Origin: Oceanicaulis sp.
GTDB taxonomy: Bacteria; Pseudomonadota; Alphaproteobacteria; Caulobacterales; Maricaulaceae
Length of the DNA stretch: 64,000 bases
Direction of reading: 5' to 3'
Assembly (NCBI RefSeq): GCF_965249665.1
Contig: NZ_OZ252247.1
Coordinates: 2,339,282 to 2,403,281, forward strand
Shown in pieces: positions 55,826 to 64,000 of this stretch. A program made the position numbers and the translations under genes. Within the stretch, counting starts at the first letter, position 1. Every line of letters begins with the position of its first letter. Under the pieces are notes generated by a model, which saw nothing but the letters and a program-made list of their open reading frames with translations, had not been told where the DNA came from and searched no databases.

Positions 55826-58800
55826 ATGCGCGCTTCAACGCTCCTGAAAGCTCTCGCCGCGCTGGTCACGGGGGTGGCCGTTCTGGGCCTCGTGGCTTTG
55901 GTCAGTCTCAGTCATGCGCCAGGCCGTGCTCTGGTCTCGCAGCTCGTGGACGGGCGGCGGATCAACGCAGTGGGCGTTGTGAATGTGTCAGGTCTGCAAG
56001 GCGACGTGTTGTCAGATTTCACTCTTGAGCGTTTGACGCTGTCAGACGATCAGGGCGTATGGCTAGAAGCGGACAATGTACATCTGGAGTGGCGTGCGCG
56101 GTCCTTGCTCGGCTCCGCAGTGACAATCAACGCCATACAGGCGGACCGTGTCGAAGTGTTCCGCCGTCCCGCGCTCGAGCGCGAACCCGCTTCGGGCGGG
56201 GGCGGCTCACGCGGAGTCAGGCTCAATCGTCTATCCATTGCGCAGCTCTTGCTTGATGCGCCTGTTCTGGGCGAACGCGTTGCACTACAGGCGAACGCCC
56301 AGATCAGCGCCGACCCGCAACAGGGACAGAGCCTGTCCGCTGAGATCGTGCGCATTGACGGCGCGTCTGACCGCCTTGTTGCGAATCTGACTCGCAATCG
56401 TCAGGGCGTGATCGAGGGACGAGTGTCTGCGCAGGCTGAGGCGAGCAGTCCGCTCGCAGGGCTGGTCTACGCCAGCGGACGTGGTTTTGTGCTGGAAGCG
56501 ACCGTGAGCGGAACGCCGGAGACCGGGCGCGCGAATTACAGTTTTGAGGTTGGTGAGACGGTCGGCCTTGAAGGGCGCGGGTCTTGGGCTGATGGCGCGT
56601 GGCGAATTGAAGGGGTGACGGACGCCGAAGCCTGGCCCGATTTGCCGGCTGACATTCGTGCGCTTCTGGCGGGAGGCGAGCTGTCAGGCGAGGGCGCGCT
56701 TGACCCGCTGACCGGGCGAATGGTCTTCTCGAGCGAAGCTGGCGAAATGTCGGTGAGCAAGGCTGAAACGTCGTTGATCAACCTCTCAGGTGAGCTCTCG
56801 GCTCAGGGTATGTCACTGTTTTTGCCAGAGACTATGACCCTGCAAAGCGCACGGTTTCAGGCGCAGCTTGATCGCGCCGATTCTGAAATCTGGTTGTCAG
56901 GAGATCTTCAGGCGCAAGGCGTCGCGCACCCCCAGATGCGCATGGACGAGATGAGCGCCCGTTTTGTGCTGGGGCGTGCGGAGGACGCATTTGCGTTCGA
57001 TGTGACGGGTTCTTTGCAGGCTTTGCGCTGGGCGAATGCGCGGGCCGGGGCGGTGCTAGGAGACCAAGTCCAGTTTTCCGCCATAGGTGTTTATGAACAA
57101 GGCGGCCAGGACATCCGGTTTGAGACCGCGCAACTGAGCGCTGAAGGCCTGTCCGCTAGCGGTATGGGGGAGGTGTCCCTGACACCGCTGGATTTTCAAG
57201 GGCGGTTTTCCCTTTCCCTTGATGATGCGGGGCGAATTCAGGAGGGGCTGTCCGGTCCAGTGGAGCTGGAAGGCATTGGTGACGCCAATGGTGTCGCCCT
57301 GACCCTTCTCGGCGAAGACCTGGCCGGAGACGGCGCGCCCTACGCGCTCGCCACGGGGCTGAGCGGGCAGGGGCGGCTGGACTTTAGTGACGGGATCGCC
57401 GTTTCTGATCTGGATATTGAAGGGCGGTATGCCCGTCTGAGCGGCGATATGGAGCGCAGTGATGAAAGCCAGGGCTGGCGGGGCGCTCTGGATTACGCGG
57501 TCGACGCCGAGGCGCTGAACGTTGCAGGCTTGACCGGCGTCATCGCTGGCGCTGCGGAGCTTGATCAGGAAGAAGGCGGTCTGTCCGCTCGCATTCAGGC
57601 GCAGGCCGACACCCTGTCCGCGGGCGGCGTCGCGCTTGAACAGCCCGTACTGCGCGTTGAGATCATGCCATCAAACGCCGGGCTGTCGGGCAATTGGCGC
57701 TTTGACGCCATGAACGGTGACACGACCATGTTGCTGCAGGGCGAGATCGCCTGGGCGGATGGTGCGGGGCGTATGGGAGTGCGCTCAGGACGATACGCCG
57801 ATATCCTGGCCCAAGGCGAGGCGCGGCTAAGCGATGAGGCTTTGATACTTGATTTTACAGCCTCCCAGGACGGCGCGATTGAGCTGTGGTCTGCGTCGCT
57901 GGAGTATCGCGCGTCACGCGCTGACATGCTTGCGGGCGAGCTGGACCTTAACGGTGTGCTTGAGGGATACCGCGTCTCGGGCATGACCTTGAATACGGCT
58001 CGTGCGCGTTTGTCGGGGCCTTTGGAAGCGCTGACGTTTGAGTTGAATGCAGACGGGGCGTTCACCGAGCCGTTCACTCTCTCAGTCGCCGGGCCGGTCG
58101 GGTATGAATCCGGTAGCGCGGACGCCGTTCTGGATTTTTCCGGTGAGATTTCCGGGCGGCGTTTGGCGTCGCCGGGGCCGCTCTCATTTGTCTATGACAG
58201 TGATGAATTGGCGGTGGACGCACAGTTGGCGCTGGAGGGTGCGGGCATGGCGTTTACGCTGCGGCGTGATGCGCAACGCACGGCGCTGTCCTATGACCTG
58301 AGCGCACTTCCCGCTGATCTGGTCATGGGGGTGCTCAGCCTGCCGCAGGCGCAAGGCGAGCTTGAGCTGGACGGTGATTTCACGCGCGCAAACGACCGCT
58401 GGACAGGCCGTTCCAATCTGACTGTGTCAGACCTGTCCTCGGCGACGGATCATGAGCTGGGCGCTCTGAATGGCGCGATCCGTCTTGAGTTGCAGGCTGA
58501 ACAGGCCCGATTGAACGGGCAGCTCGCCGACACGGATTTAGATATCGCGATAGATCTGGACTTGCCGGGCGCGGTGACAGGGTTCGCAGCGCTGACGCGT
58601 CCCGATTGGCGTGGGGATCTGAGCGTCTATGGTGATGTGGCGGTGCTCGCCGGGCTCTATCTGCCGGAAGGCGAGATCTTGCGCGGTGTTTTGTCGGTCA
58701 ACGCCACCATCGAAGGCCAGGATACGTCTGGCAACGTCAGCTTTCGAGATGGCGCGCTCGACTCCTCGCTCGCGGGGCGCAGCTTTGAGCCGATCAATGC

Positions 58801-59854
58801 CGAAGGCGGCTGGCGCAATGGCGCGCTCGTCATCGAATCGCTTCGCGTCGGTGGAGATGAAAAAAGCGGCGCCAATGCGCAGGCCGAGTTTCGCATGACA
58901 GACGATGGCCTGGAGGGGGAAGGACGGATCGAGCTGAACCGCTTGTATCTGGTGGATCGTCCCGAATTATCAGGCGGGGCGTCAGGTCATGCCGATTTCA
59001 CTCTCAGCGAGCGGGTTCTGACGGTGACAGGCGAAGCGGATGTGCAACGGCTGGATGTGCGGCCGACATCGGGCGGCAATGGTCCTTCCATCCCCCAGAT
59101 CGAGGTCGTCGAGCTGAACCGGCCCGATGTACTGGATCGCGCCTATCGTCGTCCTATCCGGATCGAGCTCGATTATCATCTGCGCGCGGATGACCGGCTG
59201 TTCGTCTCCAGCCGTGCGTTTACCTCCGAATGGTCCGCTGACGTGCATGTGACCGGGACGGCGAACAGGCCAACTCTGTCAGGGCAGGCGACGCTGATGT
59301 CGGGACAGGCGTCCTTGCTCACGGCGCCTTTTGACCTGACTTCGGGACGAGTGACCTTTGACGGCCCAGTCAATCAAAGCCGCGTTGCGATCGAAGCCCG
59401 GCACGAAACCAGTGAATTGCTTGTCATCGGACGTGTTGAAGGCTCGGTGCGCGCGCCTGAAGTCTCCTTTGAAAGCACGCCAAGCCTGCCGGAAGACGAA
59501 ATTCTGTCACGCCTTCTCTTCGGGTCTGGCGTTTCAGACCTTAGCCCTTTGCAGGCGTCTCAGCTCGCCGCCCAGCTGTCGGGCGCGGGGTGGCTGGACG
59601 CCATGGCGGGGGTTCGCGCCGTGTTGGGCATGGACCGGCTGGATGTTCGCCAGAACGGCAATGGCGCCGTCACGCTTCTGGGCGCGCGGCAGCTGACCGA
59701 AGATGTCTATCTGGAGCTTGAGACAGGCGTGGGACAGGCGCTGGGCGCCGCTCGTATCGAATGGCGGCTGACCCCGTCTTTCGTTCTGGCGTCGGAAGTC
59801 AGTGGTGATTCCAGCAATGAAATCTCGCTCAGCTGGCGTCGAAGCTTTGATTGA
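55826..59854 (+). CDS. tamB: Translocation and assembly module inner-membrane subunit TamB (DUF490)
   Basis: 1342 aa with an N-terminal anchor, a long beta-helical body and a DUF490-like C-terminus (...SRLLFG...LSPLQA.QLA...). Immediately follows tamA. Confidence 0.85.
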   Translation: MRASTLLKALAALVTGVAVLGLVALVSLSHAPGRALVSQLVDGRRINAVGVVNVSGLQGDVLSDFTLERLTLSDDQGVWLEADNVHLEWRARSLLGSAVTINAIQADRVEVFRRPALEREPASGGGGSRGVRLNRLSIAQLLLDAPVLGERVALQANAQISADPQQGQSLSAEIVRIDGASDRLVANLTRNRQGVIEGRVSAQAEASSPLAGLVYASGRGFVLEATVSGTPETGRANYSFEVGETVGLEGRGSWADGAWRIEGVTDAEAWPDLPADIRALLAGGELSGEGALDPLTGRMVFSSEAGEMSVSKAETSLINLSGELSAQGMSLFLPETMTLQSARFQAQLDRADSEIWLSGDLQAQGVAHPQMRMDEMSARFVLGRAEDAFAFDVTGSLQALRWANARAGAVLGDQVQFSAIGVYEQGGQDIRFETAQLSAEGLSASGMGEVSLTPLDFQGRFSLSLDDAGRIQEGLSGPVELEGIGDANGVALTLLGEDLAGDGAPYALATGLSGQGRLDFSDGIAVSDLDIEGRYARLSGDMERSDESQGWRGALDYAVDAEALNVAGLTGVIAGAAELDQEEGGLSARIQAQADTLSAGGVALEQPVLRVEIMPSNAGLSGNWRFDAMNGDTTMLLQGEIAWADGAGRMGVRSGRYADILAQGEARLSDEALILDFTASQDGAIELWSASLEYRASRADMLAGELDLNGVLEGYRVSGMTLNTARARLSGPLEALTFELNADGAFTEPFTLSVAGPVGYESGSADAVLDFSGEISGRRLASPGPLSFVYDSDELAVDAQLALEGAGMAFTLRRDAQRTALSYDLSALPADLVMGVLSLPQAQGELELDGDFTRANDRWTGRSNLTVSDLSSATDHELGALNGAIRLELQAEQARLNGQLADTDLDIAIDLDLPGAVTGFAALTRPDWRGDLSVYGDVAVLAGLYLPEGEILRGVLSVNATIEGQDTSGNVSFRDGALDSSLAGRSFEPINAEGGWRNGALVIESLRVGGDEKSGANAQAEFRMTDDGLEGEGRIELNRLYLVDRPELSGGASGHADFTLSERVLTVTGEADVQRLDVRPTSGGNGPSIPQIEVVELNRPDVLDRAYRRPIRIELDYHLRADDRLFVSSRAFTSEWSADVHVTGTANRPTLSGQATLMSGQASLLTAPFDLTSGRVTFDGPVNQSRVAIEARHETSELLVIGRVEGSVRAPEVSFESTPSLPEDEILSRLLFGSGVSDLSPLQASQLAAQLSGAGWLDAMAGVRAVLGMDRLDVRQNGNGAVTLLGARQLTEDVYLELETGVGQALGAARIEWRLTPSFVLASEVSGDSSNEISLSWRRSFD

Positions 59855-60071
59855 GTCCGGGGCGCGGGCATGCTGTTTATGACATTCCTGCACCCTTCAG
59901 GCGCCCCCGATATCTCAGCGTGGGAGCCCCGGCTGCACACATTCACCGCCGCTGGGCGTTGCGTCTACAAATTCTGCGTGACATAACGCGCGCTCATTCC
60001 CGGCCGCCGCCCCGCGTGCATCTGCACGTTTGAGCAAGGCGGCGACCGCATTCTAACAAGGCCTCGCCAAG

Positions 60072-61502
60072 ATGAACGTAGTTGAAAAATCCGCTGAAGG
60101 GCTCTCGCGCACGTTTGAGGTTGTCGTGCCCGCGTCGGAGCTCGAAGCGAAACTGACCGCCAAGATCGAAGAGATTCGTCCTGAAGTGCGCCTGAAGGGC
60201 TTCCGCCCCGGCAAGGTGCCCGCCAACCACATCCGCAAGATGTTCGGTGCGTCCATCATGGGCGACATCCTTCAGGAGCTGGTCCCGCAAGCCACCCAGG
60301 AAACTCTGGATGAGCGCAAGATCCGCCCGGCCTCTCAGCCGGCTGTGGATGTAAAATCCGATGCGGAAGACGTTCTGAAGAGCGGCGCTGATTTCGCGTT
60401 CGAGATCAGCCTCGAGATCATGCCGGAATTCGACACTGTCGATCCCAAAACGCTCAAGCTGACCCGCCCGGTCGCCAAAGTGGCTGACGCACAGGTCGAT
60501 GAGGCGCTCGAAGAGCTGGCCAAGCAGTCTGTCTCTTATGAAGACAAGGACGGCAAGGCGGCGGACGGCGACAAGGTCGTGATCGACTTCGTTGGCTCCA
60601 TCGATGGCGAGGAATTCCAGGGCGGCGCCGCTGAAGGCGCTGAGCTGGTCATCGGCTCTGGCCAGTTCATCCCCGGTTTTGAAGATCAGCTGATCGGCGC
60701 CAAGTCGGGCGACAAGGTCGAGATCAAAGTCACCTTCCCCGAAGACTATCAGGCAGAACACCTGGCCGGCAAAGACGCTGTCTTCGCCACCGAGGTGAAG
60801 ACTGTTCAGGCGCCTGGCGAAACCACGATTGATGATTCGCTGGCCGAACGTCTGGGACTGTCAGATCTGGAAGCGCTCAAGGACGCGCTGATCAAGCGTT
60901 TCGAAGGCGAGCACAGCCAGGCTTCCCGCATGAAGGTCAAGCGCACCTTGCTGGACGCGCTGGACGCCGAGCACGGCTCTGTCGAGCTGCCTGAGAAAAT
61001 GGTCGAGCAGGAGTTCGAGCAGATCTGGCGCGAAGTCCAGAACGCGATCGAAAACGACCAGCTTGACGATGAAGACAAGGGCAAGTCCGAGGACGAGCTG
61101 AAGGACGACTACCGCAAGATCGCCGCGCGCCGCGTGCGTCTGGGCCTGGTGTTGGCGGAAATCGGCCGTAAAGCCAATGTGGACGTCACTCAGGAAGAGC
61201 TGTCACGCGCCGTGAACCAGGAAGCTGTCCGCTTCCAGGGTCGTGAGCGTGAAGTGGTCGAGTTCTATCAAAAGAACCCTGGCGCCATTCAGGCTTTGCG
61301 CGCTCCGATCTACGAAGAGAAAGTCGTCGACTACATTCTCGAACTGGCTGAGGTGACCGACGAGGAAGTCGATCGCGAAACCCTGTTCGCTGAAGACGAC
61401 GAAGCGCCGGTCGCTGAAAAGAAAAAGCCTGCCAAAAAGAAGGCTCCGGCCAAGAAGAAGGCGGCTCCGAAGAAAAAGGCTGCAAAGTCCGACGAGGACT
61501 AA
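60072..61502 (+). CDS. tig: Trigger factor with Lys/Ala-rich C-terminal tail
   Basis: 476 aa with an N-terminal ribosome-binding GFRPGKVP motif and an FKBP PPIase domain. The tail is KKKPAKKKAPAKKKAAPKKKAAKSDED. Confidence 0.95.
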   Translation: MNVVEKSAEGLSRTFEVVVPASELEAKLTAKIEEIRPEVRLKGFRPGKVPANHIRKMFGASIMGDILQELVPQATQETLDERKIRPASQPAVDVKSDAEDVLKSGADFAFEISLEIMPEFDTVDPKTLKLTRPVAKVADAQVDEALEELAKQSVSYEDKDGKAADGDKVVIDFVGSIDGEEFQGGAAEGAELVIGSGQFIPGFEDQLIGAKSGDKVEIKVTFPEDYQAEHLAGKDAVFATEVKTVQAPGETTIDDSLAERLGLSDLEALKDALIKRFEGEHSQASRMKVKRTLLDALDAEHGSVELPEKMVEQEFEQIWREVQNAIENDQLDDEDKGKSEDELKDDYRKIAARRVRLGLVLAEIGRKANVDVTQEELSRAVNQEAVRFQGREREVVEFYQKNPGAIQALRAPIYEEKVVDYILELAEVTDEEVDRETLFAEDDEAPVAEKKKPAKKKAPAKKKAAPKKKAAKSDED

Positions 61503-61611
61503 TCCAGTCTTAACCCTGACGGGACCATCAAGGCCTGGGTCGGTTTCTTCTCTGCTGAGAGGAAAAAGGCCCGGGCCTTGTGCATTTGAGGGTTTGCGCG
61601 CAGCCGCGCGG

Positions 61612-61640
61612 CTTGTCACAGTGCGGGTCCATGGCCATAT
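61612..61640 (+). promoter_or_regulatory. Candidate RpoH (sigma32)-type promoter upstream of clpP
   Basis: CTTGTC-N15-GGCCATAT resembles CTTGAA-N13-17-CCCCATNT. It ends 44 nt upstream of the clpP ATG. Confidence 0.35.
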
Positions 61641-61683
61641 CGGGCCGATCTAGACGAACACTGCTTTCCTTGAGGAGCTGGCT

Positions 61684-62307
61684 ATGCGTGAGCCGCAGGA
61701 TGTGATGATGAACCTCGTTCCCATGGTGGTCGAGCAAAGTGCGCGGGGCGAACGCGCCTATGACATCTATTCGCGCCTGCTGAAGGAACGCATTGTGTTC
61801 GTCACCGGGCCGATCGAAGACCATATGGCGAGCCTCATGGTGGCTCAGCTCCTGTTCCTCGAATCGGAAAATCCGAAAAAAGAGATCGCCATGTACATCA
61901 ACTCGCCTGGCGGGTCGGTGAGCGCGGGTCTCGCGATCTATGACACCATGCAGTACATCAGCTGCCCGGTGGCCACGGCTTGCGTCGGTATGGCGGCGTC
62001 CATGGGCTCGCTGCTGCTGACCGCGGGCGACAAGGACATGCGCTTTGCGACGCCGAACGCCCGCATCATGCTGCACCAGCCCTCTGGCGGGTTCCGCGGC
62101 ACGGCGGCGGATATCGAACGCCATGGCGAGGATATCCTCAAGATCAAGCGCCGGATGAACGAGATCTACGTCAAACACACCGGCCAACCACTCGAAAAAG
62201 TCGAGAAAACGCTGGACCGGGACTTCTACATGGACGCGATGGAAGCCAAGGATTTTGGTTTGATCGACCATGTTTACGAGAAGCGCGGCGGACCCGAAGC
62301 GTCCTGA
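61684..62307 (+). CDS. clpP: ATP-dependent Clp protease proteolytic subunit
   Basis: 207 aa, canonical ClpP (GMAASMGS active Ser, HQPSGG). Confidence 0.95.
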   Translation: MREPQDVMMNLVPMVVEQSARGERAYDIYSRLLKERIVFVTGPIEDHMASLMVAQLLFLESENPKKEIAMYINSPGGSVSAGLAIYDTMQYISCPVATACVGMAASMGSLLLTAGDKDMRFATPNARIMLHQPSGGFRGTAADIERHGEDILKIKRRMNEIYVKHTGQPLEKVEKTLDRDFYMDAMEAKDFGLIDHVYEKRGGPEAS

Positions 62308-62540
62308 TTCAAGTCAGGTCTGTCTCGGTTCTGAGCACCCAAGCCGCGCTGCGCCAGATCAGGCCAGCGCGGTTTTGCATGCTTGATCACCCCCCTCTGG
62401 CTGTGATCACATGCGCTTTAGAAACGTTTCGCTAAGGTCCGGCCTTGATCTTGCAGGTGTGGGCCGAGTCACTTTTGACGATTTAGGCCAAAGCGAACCA
62501 ACCGCGCCAAGAGCGCACAGCGGGACCGACGGGAGCAGCC

Positions 62541-63812
62541 ATGACCAAGGCGACCACAGGCGACGGAAAGAGCACTCTGTATTGCTCATTCTGCGGCAAG
62601 AGCCAGCATGAGGTCCGCAAGCTCATCGCAGGGCCTACGGTTTTTATCTGCGATGAATGCGTTGAACTTTGCATGGACATCATCCGCGAGGAGAACAAGA
62701 CCTCGCTCGTGAAGTCCAATGAGGGCGTGCCCAGCCCGCAGGAAATCTTCCAGGTCCTGCAAGATTATGTGATCGGCCAGGCCAAGGCCAAGCGCGTGCT
62801 CTCGGTCGCCGTTCACAACCATTACAAGCGCCTCAACCATGCCGGCCAAAACGGCGAGGTGGAGCTGTCGAAATCCAACATCCTGCTGATCGGCCCGACG
62901 GGTTGCGGCAAGACTTTGCTGGCGCAGACGCTGGCGCGCATTTTGGACGTGCCCTTCACCATGGCTGACGCCACGACGCTGACCGAAGCCGGGTATGTGG
63001 GCGAGGATGTGGAGAACATCGTTCTCAAACTGCTGCAATCTGCGGACTACAATGTCGAACGCGCTCAGCGCGGCATCGTCTACATCGATGAAATCGACAA
63101 GATCAGCCGTAAATCCGACAACCCCTCGATCACCCGCGACGTGTCGGGCGAGGGCGTGCAACAGGCGCTTCTGAAAATCATGGAAGGCACGGTGGCTTCA
63201 GTCCCGCCCCAGGGCGGCCGCAAGCATCCCCAGCAGGAATTCCTGCAAGTGGACACCACCAACATCCTGTTCATCGTGGGCGGCGCCTTCGCCGGCCTCG
63301 AAAACATCATCTCCCAACGGGGCAAAGGCTCGGCTGTGGGCTTCGGCGCTGATGTGCGCGATCCTGACGCCCGCCGTCAGGGTGAAGTTCTGTCTGAAGT
63401 CGAACCGGACGATCTGACCAAGTTTGGCCTGATCCCCGAATTCGTCGGCCGTCTGCCCGTGATCGCAACGCTGGAAGATCTGGATGTGGACGCCCTGGTG
63501 CAGATCCTGACCGAGCCGAAGAACGCTCTGGTCAAGCAGTATCAGCGCCTGTTCGAGATGGAAGGCGTCGGCCTGTCCTTCACCGAGGATGCGCTGACCG
63601 CCATCGCCAACAAGGCGATTGAACGCAAGACGGGCGCCCGGGGCCTGCGCTCGATCATGGAGGGCATTCTGCTCGACACCATGTTCGACCTGCCAAGCCT
63701 GGAGGGTGTCGAGGAAGTGGTGGTCAACGCCGAAGTCGTCACCGGCGACGCGACCCCGCTTTACATCTACGCCAAGTCCAAAGGCGAGGCTGCGCCAAAG
63801 CAGGGGGCTTAA
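62541..63812 (+). CDS. clpX: ATP-dependent Clp protease ATP-binding subunit ClpX
   Basis: 423 aa with a zinc-binding [11 protein letters not shown]...CDEC and Walker A GPTGCGKT. Confidence 0.95.
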   Translation: MTKATTGDGKSTLYCSFCGKSQHEVRKLIAGPTVFICDECVELCMDIIREENKTSLVKSNEGVPSPQEIFQVLQDYVIGQAKAKRVLSVAVHNHYKRLNHAGQNGEVELSKSNILLIGPTGCGKTLLAQTLARILDVPFTMADATTLTEAGYVGEDVENIVLKLLQSADYNVERAQRGIVYIDEIDKISRKSDNPSITRDVSGEGVQQALLKIMEGTVASVPPQGGRKHPQQEFLQVDTTNILFIVGGAFAGLENIISQRGKGSAVGFGADVRDPDARRQGEVLSEVEPDDLTKFGLIPEFVGRLPVIATLEDLDVDALVQILTEPKNALVKQYQRLFEMEGVGLSFTEDALTAIANKAIERKTGARGLRSIMEGILLDTMFDLPSLEGVEEVVVNAEVVTGDATPLYIYAKSKGEAAPKQGA

Positions 63813-63855
63813 GCCTGACTGAGGCTCGGTGATCCACTGAGGCTGCGTCCTGACC

Positions 63856-63886
63856 AAAAGGCTGCACCCCGGGTGCAGCCTTTTTT
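63856..63886 (+). terminator. Intrinsic terminator after clpX
   Basis: aaaa-ggctgcaccc/gggtgcagcc-tttttt. Confidence 0.8.
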
Positions 63887-64000
63887 ACGTGGATCAAGCG
63901 GCCTACGCCTTTGCTGTATCAGTTTTTTCATCCCCTTATGAGATGATCCGGGTGAGAAAGCCCCGCGTCCTGCATTGAGGTGCGCGCCAATCCGGCCTTC

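Overview
GC-rich alphaproteobacterial chromosomal window. The PhyR-NepR-EcfG module is specific to Alphaproteobacteria; the gene content looks like a marine Caulobacterales/Hyphomonadaceae-type genome, but that is inference only. It is densely coding and mostly housekeeping.

Gene order, left to right:
- partial M23 peptidase, bcp, an AsmA-like giant envelope protein, anmK
- an iscR-like Rrf2 regulator followed by a complete suf Fe-S operon (sufBCDS-sufT-sufA), with two extra genes inserted between sufB and sufC
- GST, a TMEM175-like channel, a GGDEF protein, an RhlE-type helicase
- two secreted amidohydrolases, a class D beta-lactamase-like gene, parE
- an autotransporter, glnBA, nnr, maeB, a MATE pump, tRNA-Leu(UAG)
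- an approximately 14 kb general-stress-response (GSR) block
- tamAB, tig, clpP, clpX

No CRISPR array, transposase, integrase or recognisable defence system was seen.

The most interesting part is 40.2-54.0 kb. The phyR / nepR-ecfG / HisKA_2-kinase core is surrounded by stress cargo: dps, mscS, pmp3, DUF1328, DUF883, DUF202, PRC-barrel proteins and entericidin. Reading the intergenic DNA by eye, I find 11 correctly oriented GGAAC-N16/17-CGTT (EcfG-type) promoters in this block.
- One of them drives no ORF. It precedes a roughly 110 nt structured transcript with a C-rich loop and an intrinsic terminator, which I call a GsrN-like sRNA candidate.
- One drives an apparently leaderless, uncharacterised ATP-grasp ligase + C26 amidotransferase-like operon.
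- The GSR kinase ORF stops prematurely, and its G2 ATP-lid box continues in the -1 frame.

All calls come from reading the sequence and the ORF track. No database searches were run.
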